Assembly (NCBI RefSeq): GCF_009914755.1 | Contig: NC_060938.1 | Length of the DNA: 64,000 nucleotides | Origin: the human T2T-CHM13v2.0 reference genome, Homo sapiens | Strand: one strand, 5' to 3' | In this document: piece by piece, positions 23,579-37,207 of the stretch | How the letters are laid out: the number at the start of each line of letters is the position of its first letter | Numbering within the stretch: position 1 is the stretch's first letter | Translations under genes and position numbers: made by a program | Notes under the pieces: model-generated | The model's input: only the letters and a program-made list of their open reading frames with translations | What the model was told of the DNA's origin: nothing | The model's database searches: none

Positions 23579-24577
23579 TAAAATCACTCTCATTCCTGAT
23601 CTTAAGTGCACAATCAAGAGAAACTGGCAGCAAATTGACAGTACTATGTTGATGCCAGATCAATATAATTCTCCCCCACCTAAGGCATAATTAGGTTGAG
23701 AACAAGGAGGGGTCTGAAGCTCAGATGAGCATCAAATGGCACTTTTCTAGTAGGAAAAGTTTTAATTATTTCATTCCTCCTTTTCTTCTTCCTCCTCCTC
23801 CTTCTCTCCCTTCCCTTTCTTCCTTTTTGACACATACTCATCAAGCACTTGCAGTCAAGAAGACAAACGCTAGCTCTGACAGAGCTTGTTTATCTTCCTA
23901 CCATTGTTATTCTTTACCAGATGTCATAATCTGTGATAGATTGAAGTGTGACTTCCTCTCTTGTCCATTACACAATGCTAAATTGTTGAAAAATGACCAA
24001 AAGATGGTTAGCCAAGTAGGAGGAACAACTGGGACATTAGCTCATCTTCAAAGAATGACTGATACAGATGAAAGAAGAGATGAGATTATATGTGCTGCAT
24101 TCATACTTACCTGGTTAATTCTTCCCAACACATATTATCTAAGGGTAGAAGAGCTCTGCACCCTTTTTTTCTTTAGTGGGTGGTGTGTCTCTCAACAGGT
24201 GTCAAAACTCCAGACTTTCCTGTAGAATGTTTCCTGGCTCCCCCTTGCTGGAGGGCATGGTTCTTTTCAGCACTCATCAGATTTATGAAGCCTCTGCATG
24301 TGCTGCATCCTCCTCGCTGTGTGAAAGAGACCGTAGATTTTAGAAACTGGGGCTAAGTCTGTTTCTCCCTGCTAAGGAAAAAATCAAATGGGCAGTAGGC
24401 TTCTGGTTCCTCTTATGCTAGCAGCTGACAAGAAGACAAGTTTCAGAAATCCTGCAAAGGAAGGAAAAAGTGGAGGAGATTTGTTGTAATATACTTTGTT
24501 TACTCCAAAGCAGAGGAATCACTGGTCATTTCATCAGGCAATTGAAGATGAGATGTTTTCCTTTTTAATCTGTAGAG

Positions 24578-24800
24578 AGATAGTGCAATGTAATAGTTGT
24601 AAGAATAGGCACTGGGGTCAGACTGCTTTGGTTCTTAGTGATCTTCTGCATTTACTAATCCAATGACCTTAGTCAAGTTGTTTAATATCACTTGATTGTC
24701 CAGATTTATAAAATGAAGAAAATAATAGGAACCACCTTAGGAATTATTGGAAAGAGCAAATGTGCATAATAAATGAGCAATAAATATTAACTATTAGTTT
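24578..24800 (+). mobile_element. MIR
   Basis: 'gggtcagactgc...tgaccttagtcaagttgtttaa...tataaaatgaagaaaataatag'. Confidence 0.7.
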
Positions 24801-25595
24801 TAGCTAGTCTGTCTTCAGAAACTTAGCATTTTCCTTCCACTCATTGAATGTATTCTTAATTCTGCAAAACAGGAAGGATTATTTTAACTATTCTATGGAC
24901 AAGCTGTTTTGGACGTATTCTATTTTAGTTTTCTCACAAGAAATGTAGCTGCAAATTTGAAACCTCTAGCTTCAGAAAAACTTTATTTAATCTAAAAATA
25001 TTATAAAGCTCTATCTCATGAGCCTTTTCATTTGTAAGCATTTAAATAATCTGTGTAGTCAAGATTTTAAAGTAATACATATCCCTCACAACTCATTACA
25101 GTATATAATGTAATACTGTATACAGTATATAAGTAAGATTTGTGAAGTAGCTTTAAGTCATCTCTGCCTGTGGAAAGTTTTTGATCACGTATTCTTTTTG
25201 AAAAAGACCATTCACTATGGAGAATTAGGACCACTATTATATGTTCAATCTTCAAAGAAGTTCTATGTTAGGACTTTTATTGTCAGGTCAGCCAAGTTCA
25301 TCCATATGCACACGCTTTTATTCAATAGAACTTCACAAATACTACATTTCCTTTTTCTTTCTTTTTTTTTCTTGTAGTGAGAACATTGAACATGAGATCT
25401 AGCCTCCTAACAAAGTTTTAAGTCTACAATACAGTACTGTTAACTAAAGGCACAATGTTGTACAGCAGCTCTCTAGAACCTGCTCATCTTGCATCACTGA
25501 AACCTTATACCCGTTGAATAGCAACTCCCCATTTTCCCCTCCCTTCAATCCCTGGCAACCAACATTCTACCCTCTGCTTTCGTCAGCTTGTCTGT

Positions 25596-25990
25596 TGTCT
25601 TAGTTCAGTTTCTGTTACTTAGAATACCTGAAACTGGGTAATTCATAAAGGAAAGGAATGTATTTCTTATAGTTACGCAGGCCAAGAAGTCCAAGGTCAA
25701 GGGGCTACATCTGGTGAGGGCCTTCTTGCTGGCAAGGACTCTTCTGCAGAGGTAGTGCAGGGTATTACATGGTGAGGGGGCTGAGTGTGCTAGCTCAGGC
25801 CTCTCTTCTTATAAAGCCACCAGTCCCACCCCCATGATAACCTATTAATACGTGAATGAATTAATACATTCATAAGGGCAGGGCCCTCATGACTCAGTCA
25901 CCTCTTAAGGAATCAATCTCTCAATATTGCTGTATTGGGGATTAAGTTTCAACATGAGTTTTGAAGGGAACAAATAATCGGACCATAGCA
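25596..25990 (-). mobile_element. MSTC-type MaLR solo LTR
   Basis: tgtcttagt...ccatagca termini; 'aagtccaaggtcaaggggctacatctggtgagggccttcttgctg'. Confidence 0.85.
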
Positions 25991-26525
25991 GTTCTTTTAA
26001 ATATCAAGTGTAAGTTAAATTATACAGTATTTCACTTAGCATAATGTTTCTCTAGGTTCATCTATGTTGTTGCATATTGCAGGAGTTCATTCTTTTTAAA
26101 GGCTGAATAATATTCCATAATATATATATATATACCACATTTTCTTTATCCATTCATCTATCAGTGGACACCTGTGTTGCTTCCACCTTTTGGCTACTGT
26201 GAATAATGCTGCAAGGAACGTGGGAGTACAAATATCTCTTTGAGATCCTACTTTCAATTCTTTTGGGTATATACCCAGAAGTGGGATTGCTAAAACATAT
26301 GGTAGTTCTATTTTCAATTTTTTAAGGACCCTTCTTTCTGCTTTCCCTAGTGGTTGTACCATTTACACTCCTACCAACAATGCAGAAGAATTCCAGTTTC
26401 TTTACATTCTCACCAGCGTGTGTTATCTTCTTTTCTCTAATAGACATCCTAACACTCTAATGAGGTGATGTCTCATTGCGGTTTTGATTTCCATATCCCT
26501 CATGATTAATGATGTTGAGCATCTT

Positions 26526-26830
<305 letters not shown>

Positions 26831-27458
26831 AGCATCTTTTTATATAACTGTTGACCATTTGCATGTCTTCTTTGGAGAATGTCTATTCAAGTCTTTTGCC
26901 CATTTTTAGTAGGGTTATTTGTTATTATTTTATTTTATTTTTTGCTATTCAGTTGTAGAAATTCCTTATACACTTTGGATATTACAGTCCCTTATCAGAT
27001 ATATGGTTTGCAAATATTTTCTCCTATTCTGTAGTTTGTCTTTTCATTCTGTTTCATTTGCTACGTGAAAGCTTTCCTTGCCTTTCCTTTCCTATTCCCT
27101 CTCTTCGTTCCTTTTCTCCTTTTCCTCCTCCTCCTTTTCACTCTTTCTCTCACTATTTCTCTCTCTCTCACTGAGACTTGCATCATTTTCCTCCTGATAT
27201 ACTTGAGACTGCTGAGTTAGGTTTTGTGTGTGTGACCTAGAACAAGTGGCAATGAAAGACATCTAGGTAATCTATAAACTTTACCTTGTGAAATGGGAGC
27301 TTGTCCCCTTCTACTCTCCATTCAAACAATGTTGTAAGGGCTGGGGTGGAACTTTCTGAGTGTCTTCCATCCCCCTTTCTTTTGGTCATTGATGTTATGG
27401 CCCGTCATTGATCTGGTTTACTTGGTTAACTTAGTCGATCATAAAACTGTTTGGAAGG

Positions 27459-28201
27459 CCTCATGCCCATTAGGATGGCTAGCCTAAAAACAAGTGTTGG
27501 CAAGGATGTGAAAAAATTGGAACCCTTGTGTACCGTTTATTGGTAGGATTGTAAAATGATGTAACTGCTATGGAAAACACTATGGTGAGTCCTCAAAAAA
27601 TTAAAGGTAGAAATACTGTATGATCCACCAATTAACCTTTTGGGTATATACCCAAAAGAGTTGAAAGCAGGGTCTCAAAGAGATGTTTGTACACCCATAT
27701 TCATAGCAGCATTTTTCACAGTAGCCAAAACGTGGATGCAACCCAAGCGTCCATTGAGGGATGAGTGAGTAAACAATATGTGGCATCTACATATGATGAA
27801 ATATTATTCACCCTCAAAACAAAGGTAATTCTGACATGTGCTACAACATGGATGAAGCTTGAAGACATTATGCTCTGCGAAATAAGCCAGCCACAAAAGA
27901 ACACATATTATATGATTCTCTTTATATGAAATGTCTAGAGTAGTGAAATTTGTAAAGACAGAAAATAGAATGGTGGTTTCCAGGGCCTGGGGAAAGATGG
28001 GACTGGGGAGTTATTGTTTAATGGAGGCAGAATTTCAGTTTGGGAAGATGAAAAGATTCTGGAGATGGATAGTGGTAGTGGACGTAAAACAATAGGAATG
28101 TACTTAGTACCACTGAACTGTAGGCCTAAAAATGGTTAAGATGGTAAATTTTATGCTACGTGTATTTTACCCCAATACAATTTTTAAAAAGATAAAAAAT
28201 A
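27459..28201 (+). mobile_element. L1MB-type 3' fragment
   Basis: 'gcagggtctcaaagagatgtttgtacacccat', 'ccactgaactgta..aaaaatggttaagatggtaaattttatg'; TSD ataaaactgtttg(g/a)aag at 27441 and 28202. Confidence 0.88.
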
Positions 28202-28606
28202 ATAAAACTGTTTGAAAGTCTTGCTTTGTTTCTTGCTGGTTGGAAAAATCCTTGTTATAATCCTAGCACCCAAGTTTTGTAATATTGTTTTAGGCCCAGC
28301 TACTGAAATTGGTTTTCTTGAGCATTTTTAAGAGAGAATTAAGGTAAGGACTAGACCCACTTAATTTTATTCAAATAAGGAAGTGGAAGAGACATGGGTG
28401 TCTACTTCTAGATACCAATAAAACTTTAGAATAAGTTGGCCCTAAGTAAAGCTTTGTTGTGTCTCTGTCTTGGAGATATAAAAATGAATCTAGAAAAACA
28501 AATGACACCAGATGTTTCTCTCAAATTGGTTGGTATCAAACACCATAGATTTACCTCAGAATGTGGACTCATTCTGAGAGCTGAGAGCTAAATGTGAAGC
28601 ACCTTA

Positions 28607-28688
28607 GATATACATGCACACACACACACACGAACACACACATGCACACACATGCATGCACACACACACACACACGAGACCCACACAC
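28607..28688. repeat. Imperfect (CA)n microsatellite
   Basis: Directly visible. Confidence 0.9.
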
Positions 28689-29874
28689 TATGTAATTAGA
28701 AAACTGTGTTCCATTTTATAACCATAACCAGTCTTCATCAGCTATTTGCACATCAGAACCACTCAGTGGAGATTTGCCTGTTCGGTGCCTGATCTTGATG
28801 TTTTCTAGTCCTAATATTTCCAGCAATGGGCCAAGTGGAGGTGCCAGATAATAGCAGAATCAGAACTTCAAATACTTGTTTCAACCAGAGATACCTAAAA
28901 GGCACAAATCCTTCTGTTTCTTCATAGGTCTGCTCAGAGGGCTGTGCCCAAGCAGTCAGTGAGGCTCCTGGGATGTTTCTGGCTTCCCATACATGAGAGG
29001 CGTCCTGATACTAGCAATGAACCGAGTCCTGGAGTCTGGAAAAGCACTTTATATCCTCAGTGATCAGGTGAGAAATGGCCAATTGATGGTGCTGGAAGGT
29101 GAAAATGTTTAATTATTTCCATGACGGTTTATATCAATATTTAACAGAAATATGCCATGGCTCATTCGATGTGAAGTGCATGGTAAAATGATGGATTTTT
29201 TTTTTCTTTTTAACTATCTAATAGTCTATGAATTTCCCCCCAGGAAAGAACTGTCCAGCCTAGCACTTAGCACAGTGTCTTGGCAGCAAGTAAGCACAGA
29301 GCTGATTGCTTGAAGGAATGCATGCTCTGTCCAAAGCCTCATCAATTATCACCTAATAAATGTAATAATTTTTGTGATGAAGACTCTTAAGTTCTGATGT
29401 TGGCAGAGAATATATTTCTAGAGTAAATCTCAGGATATTCCTTCAGAGTAACGTGAGGTCCAACCCATCTATGCTTTTCTGCTCTCCTGGCATCCAGTGA
29501 GATGTTCCCCTGGGGTGTGGAAATCTAGGTTTCCTGGATATGGGAAGGTTTGGAGGGGACACTGCAAGGAAGATCATTGGAGAAGGGTGGAAGGGGCCAC
29601 TCCAGAGGCCTGAGATCATGGCTAAGGGTGGTCCTGGAAAATGTTCCTCTTATCAATCATGGTAGCTATTACAGGGATGGATATTTGGTGGAAGAAAAAG
29701 AAAGCGAGTGAAGAAACTTGTGTTTACCTCTTCTATGTGACTCAGAAGTTGATCCATAATTGACATCTGCGAAAAAGAGAAGCAAAGCACCTCCTCCTTT
29801 CAGGACCACCTTGAGAAAAAAAAAAAAGAGGTGTTTTTAGCTTCCTCTTCACCTTTTGTCTTTTGTATATAGTC

Positions 29875-30330
29875 TAGCCTTTTCATTGTATAGATGAGGA
29901 AACTGAGGATCAGGATGGCAAAGTGACTTCTCAAAATTATCTAATCAGTGCAGGGCTGGAGCTAAAATCCAGGGCTCCCAACTCTGCAGACCAGCATTGT
30001 TTTTATGACTTTCCCCTCTGTCTTCTACCTAGTCCTCTTTTCTCAGAGCCTCCTCTCCTAGCCCCTCACTATTATCATAACTACAATTTATGGAGTGCTC
30101 ACTACGTCTTAGGCACTGTACACTTTCCATGTATTTTGTTTAATCCTAGCAGCTTTATAAGGTCGATATTATGATAATCCCCACATCATGGATGAGCCTG
30201 TTGAGGTTTAGTAGCTTACCTGGGGTTCCATCACTGGTGGTGATTCATGAATGAGCCTGTCGAGGTTTAGTAGCTTACTTCGGGTTCCATCACTGGTGGT
30301 GATTCCAAAGCCCATGGCCCAGCATTCCCA
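29875..30330 (-). mobile_element. Two MIR fragments; the second carries a 59-bp tandem duplication
   Basis: 'tagatgaggaaactgagg' at ~29891; 'atttatggagtgctcactacgtcttaggcactg...tttaatcctagcagc' from ~30086. Confidence 0.75.
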
Positions 30331-30438
30331 CAGAAGACTTGATTTGTTTGTAGTCTCTATTCCTCAAGACTAGGAAAGTTACAGGGCTCATTTTTTTTCC
30401 CTACTATCAATAATTCATGTTCAAGTGTAAACAGCCTG

Positions 30439-30821
30439 TGAATTATTTTGCTAGGGCTGCCATAACAAGGTACCACAGACTGGGCAGCTTAAATAACAGA
30501 AATTTATTTTCTAATAATCCTGGAGGCTAGAAGTCTAAGATCAAGGAGTCCCCAGGATTGTTCTCCTCCAAGGCTCCTGTCCTTGCTTTGTGGATGGCTG
30601 TCTTCTTCCAGTGTCTTCACACGGTCTTCCCTGTGAACAGGTCTGTGTCTCAATTTCCTCTTATAAGGAGACCCATCATATTGGATTAGGGCCCATCCCA
30701 GTGACCTCATTTTAACCTAATTACCTCTATAAAGACCCTGTCTCCAGATACAGTCACATTCGGAGCTACTGGGGGTTAGGACTTCCATGAATTTTAGGGG
30801 GACACAATTCAGTCTACAACA
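30439..30821 (-). mobile_element. MLT1B/C MaLR solo LTR
   Basis: 'gctagggctgccataacaaggtaccacagactggg' and 'ggattagggcccatcccagtgacctcattttaac'; 5-bp TSD gcctg at 30434-30438 and 30822-30826. Confidence 0.9.
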
Positions 30822-33800
30822 GCCTGATATGTTGCCCCTGGCAAGAGTATTTTTATTTTGAAAGAAGTTTCTTAGGTACAAAAACGCATAAGTCCAAAGG
30901 AATAACCTACAGTAGGTGTTCCAAACACCAGACTAATGTAGTACGTACTCTGTTAAAGGGAGGTGGGAAGAATACAGGTTTTACCTTTACTTTCTACAAT
31001 ATTGGCCAATTCTGACTCTCAGATCATATGTGTGAATTCTCAGGTCATTTTCAGAGGCTTGGATTATAGGAAGAAAACAAACTGGTGGTGCCTATTCATC
31101 AAACCTCCGTTGACACCTCACATTTCTAATAGTCATCCCTTTTGGAAAAATCTGTAATTCTCACGATTTAATGTAATTAACAGCTATTTTCAAATTTCAG
31201 AGGTGCCTTGGGTGAATTCCCAGGGTCAATGAATGACACAGCCCCAGAGCCATTTATTGTTAGCTTGGGAGCTATTTGCTTGGCGTGCAAATAATTCCCT
31301 GGCTCCTGACTGAAGAGAGGCCAATTTCTCTTTCTCAGGAAGGCCCTCAAGTTCTGTTTATAAATCCTCTTTTGTCATAAAATCCAGACACAGAGAGCCT
31401 GCTGTTGCACTCTGGCTACTTCCTGTAGTGAAGTAAAATCAGGGATAGGATGCAGGGACAGTTGATGCAACTGGACGTCTAAGCCCTGCCCACCTAGGAC
31501 CCCCGGAATCAGGAGTCAATAAGGAAATGAGGAAGAGGCACTGCAGGCTGCAGAGGATGGGACCTCCTGGGATCCTCCTTTCCTGAGGGACATGGGGCTT
31601 ACACAGGGGCTCTATTGTTCATAAAAAGATGAGGTGCCAGACTCCTGTCCTGAGAAAGAGGAGAAGCCTCTCCCCCTCCCTTGCTTCCTGTACTCTCCCT
31701 CTTCTCTAGTCACCTTGGCATTTGAACTTGTTGTTCAGGTCAAGCAAGTTGGTGCAGATGGCAGATTATTTTATCTGACATGTCCAACCTGTGTCAAAAA
31801 CGTGTCTGTTTGGTCACATAAATGCTGCCTGATGTTGCCCTTCCCCTCATCCCCACCTCCTACTGTTCCCAAAGCCCTGGCTTTATTTTCTCTTGAAGAA
31901 TAGCTGGATCAAAGTTATTACCTCTGATTTAAACCCATCCATAGGATGGCAAAACACTAAAAATGAAATCCCAACTCTTCTGCTAATTTGCCATGACCTG
32001 TGTGAGTAGTCTGACCTCGCTAAGCCTTAATATTCTTCCCTTTGTAAAATCATCTCTGAGTTCCCTTCTGACTCTCTGTGACTCTAATAAGAAAGGAACA
32101 AAAAATCTCACTACTGCCCAGCAAGCTGAAGGGCTTGTGAGAGCGAGCCACGCTGTCTTTGACTCTGAGGGGCACTGCTGGGCTGCCTCCTTCCACCTCT
32201 TAGGGTGGGTGAGGAGGCAGAGGCACTGCATGCCATGTGCTCCCAGCCTCCCTCCCAGAGAATCCCCTGTGGGACAAGTCTGGGCTTCACCCTGAGTGCT
32301 CCTGAAAGCAGGTCAGAGCCTGAGAGTGCAGGCGGGTGCGAGGGAGGGGAGGCTCCACACATTTGTTTTTGATCCTCAGAACACGCCAGATGGACTTAGG
32401 ATAACTTGGGATCTGTAAGTGAACATTCTTGTCAGGAGGCCAAAAAGGACAGCGCCAGGCCCTTCTGGGCTACATTGTGCCTAAGGGTGATGCTCCCTCT
32501 CCCAGGCTCGGAGGCCGAGGGCCTGCTCTTTGTTGCGAGGGGAGGCAGCTGTGGTGCAGAAAGCTACGGTGTTTGTATTTCCTACTTTTGTTTCTAGCTC
32601 TTAGGCACCTTGGCTAGCAAAGAATCCATCCAATCTCCCCTTCCTTCTTTCCCTTCCTTCCTGCCTTTTCTCTTTCTCTCTTCCAAAAAGGCATGTATTT
32701 TCTCTTTTCAAAGCCATAACAAAAAGGGATTTATTTTCTCTTTTCAAAGCCGTAACAAAAATGTTTATTGTTGTTTCTAAATAAAAGGGTGAAACCACAG
32801 TGAAAAAATGTAGTTCCTGCTTCATATAACATCCTTTCTCCAAAATAGTGATCTGTCTCACACTCCAAGACCCAGTAACTTTTGTTAGGTCGTCAACAAC
32901 TGTTTAATACACATTATTCAGAAAGCCTGGGAAGATAAAGATTTTCATGTTATAGATTTTCCCATATACTTGAGAAATACATTCCACGGCCTAGAAATTT
33001 GTTAAGCATGTATGTGCAGTCACAAATGTACTACTAGTTTGTAAATAACACGAATATTTGTTCATGGAGGTGGAAGGGATATTTCACATGATTCATAACC
33101 ATCTGGTTATAGAGCAGGAAATGAGGTGTTTGGCAAATATTCTGGGTTTTTTTTTTTTGCCAGCGAATTATTTTTTTCCCCAAAGAAGTTAAACATGTGC
33201 TCCATGGCCTACGACCTGCAAGAGGTCTTGTACTGTTTATCGTGATAATCTGTGGGCTCCTGGTGCCTGTGCTGCCACGGAGCTGTACAGCCACGGAACG
33301 CAGCTGCCTGAAGTTAATGATTCAGGAGTCACCATCTGTGCTGAGTTCTGTCTCTTTGGCACATACCACACAGACACGTCCAGAGGTGAAGGCAGTACTT
33401 ACACTCACAGATTAACATTCCTGCTCATCGGAACAACTTTCCAAGGAGAAGGCCCAGTTTTCTGAATATTAAAACTTTAGGTGAGTCATTAGAATCTCAT
33501 GTTTGGGGAGTCTGTAGGCCAAATTAGTCAGCCAGACAGTGTGACAAGCTGGACATGAATATATGTAACTGGACGAGCTACAGGGGCCTTACTAATCAAT
33601 TAGCCAGAACAACCTCCTTTTTTATATGTGGATCCAATTTTCCAGTTCAGTTTTGCAGAAGGGGCTATTCTGTATCCCTGTGGTTAGGGCTAAATGTTAA
33701 GGCACACCATGCGAGGGGCAGGGAGGATTTATCCCTTGCTATAAGTGTTCTTAACTTACCCTGTGTGAATTCTCTCCTAGAAGTGGGTAGGTTGGGGTCC

Positions 33801-34396
33801 TGGAGACCTGGGCAGGGAAGATCTGTTCCTTGAGTTTGGTCAGTGAGGAGCAGAGAAGGATCTCAGAGGTGGTATCTGATCTGCAAGAGGAGACTGGAAC
33901 ATAGATCCACGCTGCCTGCCTAGTGAGCTGTCATCATAGAAGACTTGGGCAGAGAGGCTGAGTCTATATATATACATCAGGAAGGAAACTGAGGCAGAAA
34001 GAGAGCATTCCAAACAGAGGCCAGGACGCATGCCCAGTCTGGAGGGAGTGCTCCTTCACAGGGCACAGCTGCAAGCCCTTTACATAAGGTATTTGTGGCT
34101 TCTGCCATAGGTGGAGAAGAAAAGGTTAAGATCAATAAGTTTGCTCAGACACCTTCCCTTTGACACCACACTATGGTAGGCAGGTACATACCTAGAGCTT
34201 GAGACAAGAGATGTGAAGTTTTCAGAAATTTGGAAACACTTGCAAAGTATATGTGTGTGTGAGTAGCAAAGATGATTTGTGGGAGAGAAAAACAACTTTT
34301 ACCTACTAATCTTTTTTGCTTTTCTTCAAAAGTTAGGGGCATAAGTGTGTTGTACTTTGTACCTGCTTTGTTAATAAATTGGTTGTGTTTGATACA

Positions 34397-34756
34397 AAGG
34401 TTGAACACCTGTAATCTCAAACTCCAAAATCTAAAATCCTCCAAAATCTGAATGTTTTGAGCACTGACATCGCGCCACATGTAGAAAATTCCACACCTCA
34501 CCTCGTGTGATGAGTTGCGGTCAAAACACAGTCAAAAGTTTGTTTCGTGCTTAAGATTATTTAAAATATTGTATAAAATTATCTTTAGGCAATGTTTATA
34601 AGGTGTATATGAAACATAAATGAATTTTTTGTTCAGACTTAGGTCCCATCCCTGATATATCTCAAGGTATATAGTCAAATATTCGAAAACCCAAAAGTAT
34701 CCAAAATCTGAAACACTTCTGGTCCCAAGCATTTCAGATAACGGGTATTCAACTTG
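34397..34756. mobile_element. Tigger4b/MER46-type TcMar MITE
   Basis: Terminal repeats 'aggttgaacacc...' and '...ggtattcaacttg'; internal 'aaacacttctggtcccaagcatttcagataa'. Confidence 0.85.
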
Positions 34757-35544
34757 AATTTAAAAGTGTGAAGTCCTTGAAAAAAAGTTTAGAAACATAG
34801 ACAACAATTTTTTTGGTCTCTAGAACCAAAAGGGGGAAATGTCTTAGGAGAAAGTTGTTATACATATTTACTTGGATATACAAAAAAATTATAAAAGTGA
34901 AGATTTTCCTCTCAGCATTAGAGCTGGTTAAGTGCATATTTTGAAACTAGTCATTTAATGCTTTGGTCTATTTCCTTGCTTCTGACATAGAGATATTGGT
35001 ACTTAGGTTTAAATTACAAGGGCCGTTCTGAGAATCACTGCACCTCCCCACCCACGATCCCCTCCCGTGAACACATAGAGGAGGCTGTATTCATTTCGGT
35101 GCACATGTTCCCAAGGTAGAAGTCATGGTCTTCAGACAAGGCAAAGCCAATTTTCTTTAGCTCTATTCTTGGTGGTAAAATGCTCTTAGCAACTTACTCA
35201 AGAACAATAGCTATGCAATTTTTCAAAGAACTTTCTCTCATCATCTATATAAGAAAAATATGTCATTGTCACAAACAATGTTAATTAAATAGCCAATATT
35301 TATAAGCTGAGCAAATTGCATTTTTTTTTTGCATATTTCACCATCTCACTAGAAATTCTTAGATTATGAAAAGTACACTAATAAGAAGTCTCTAACAACC
35401 AGGCTTTTGGAACAAAGAAATAATGATAAACCTAATTTCCTACTTTCATTCAAAAAATTACACCCTGATATGCTAATAATCCTCTCTGAAGACAGCAGGT
35501 AAACTAGAAAATTGGGAAAAAGAGTCTCAACCAGGGACAATAGA

Positions 35545-36122
35545 TTCCATAATTTTTTCACTGGTCTCCAGGTTTTCCCGACTCCAAATTATCCTATCCA
35601 CCATCACCAAAGAGAGTGCCCCAAACCTAGATCTGCTCACTCCTTGGCTCAAAACATGTCAGCAGATTGCCAGTGTGTACAGAATAAAGCCCAACCTCCC
35701 TGGAATGGCCTCTAAGTCTCTCCAGGATCGGGCCCTAGCCTGATGCTCCAGTTCTGTTTCCCACACACTTACTGTCCCCACCCCACATCGGCACACCCTA
35801 AACTCAGCAAACTGCTCACTGCTCCTAGCCAAGCCCTTTTCCTGTGTGTCTACCATTGCTCATGAGCTTTCTTCTGTTGATACCCTGGCCCCAGCTCTGC
35901 TCTTGGAAACCTTACCCTTTCGTCATTCCCTGAGTCAGAATTTACCACTCCCTCTTCTGCCTTCCTTAAACATTGCATTCAGCAGGTCTTCCTTCTCCTC
36001 CCCGTCTATCTTTATGCATGTCTCACACTTGTCTGCCAGGCTACTGCATTAAGGGACTATTTGTAGTTAATGGTTCACCCATCACAGTTACTTGAAAATA
36101 TTAAGGGCTCAATAAATATTAA
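35545..36122 (+). mobile_element. L2 3' fragment
   Basis: 'ctcactccttggctcaaaac', 'agaataaagcccaacctcc', ends 'gctcaataaatatt'. Confidence 0.7.
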
Positions 36123-36734
36123 ATCTACTACTTTCCTCTCTAGTAGACATTAGCCACCATCTGAATGTGCCCCATTTTTCGGTAGATACATGAGTGCCTA
36201 GTAAAACCTCATTAATCTAGATTAAATTTGGGATATATCATCTGAGTTAGAAAAATATCTGACTATTAGAATATTGTTTCCAAAATATAACTTTATTACT
36301 TTTGAGTGCCTGCAGTTATGAGAATTAGGCTGAAAAGTGTTGTTCTTCATTGAATTGATGGATTTGAAATTATTATATCACAATAGGCTTAGCAGTACCT
36401 CCTCTGTGCTTCAAATTTAGTTAAATTATTGATACATAAGTGGGTGCTTCCAAAGTGTTTCTCTCTATCTAAGAGAGCTGTTTTCTCAGTATTTTTATTC
36501 TGGTTATATTTATATTATTGATTGACTCTCATAGAATAAACTTTAGACCAGCTCTTGTCAAAAGTAGTGAAATCATTGAATTGACTTAAGTAGAAATAAG
36601 AGGTTTTGTTAGATAAGGCAAATACAGGCGAATAAGAAAGTGAGAATTTTTGAATTTATTTTTTCTTTTATGCTTCAATGTGCAGAGAATGTTGTTTTTT
36701 TTTTTAGTTAGCAAATATTCCTTTTTTAAAAAAA

Positions 36735-37207
36735 GTTTTATTTTTAATTGGCAAAAAATAATTGTATATATATATGGGCACAATGGAATGTTTCAATACA
36801 TGCATACATTGTGGAATGATCAAATCAGGCTAATAAACACAGTCATCATCTCAAATATCTATCATTTCTTTGTGGTAAGAACATTTAAAGTCCTCTCTTT
36901 TAGCTATTTTGAATGTAAAATGTATTATTATTAACTTTAGTCACCATGCCATGCAATAAGTCACCAGAACGTATTCCTTCTGTTTCTGTCTAACTGAAAC
37001 TGGTGCCCTTTGACCAATGTCTTTCCTTCCCCATCTACCGCTCTACTCCCAGCCTCTGGGAACCATTCTACTCTCTACTTCTACTTTTTTTAGATTCCAC
37101 ATGCAAGTGAGGTCATATGGTAACTGTTTCTCCATGCCTGGCTTATTTCACTTGGCATAATGTCCTCTAGGTTCATTCATGTTCATACAAATCACAGAGT
37201 CTCCTGC
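36735..37207 (-). mobile_element. L1MA-type 3' UTR fragment
   Basis: 'atacattgtggaatgatcaaatcagg', 'catttctttgtggtaagaacatttaaa', 'tgcctggcttatttcactt'. Confidence 0.85.

Noticed and set aside
24103-24114. U1 snRNA 5' end sequence ATACTTACCTGG
   Set aside because: The match stops after 12 nt (no CAGGGGAG continuation), so it is not a U1 gene or pseudogene; treated as a minus-strand splice donor.
23725-24225. 166-aa ORF, the longest outside recognised repeats
   Set aside because: It starts in low-complexity CT-rich sequence, has no recognisable domain and no supported exon structure.
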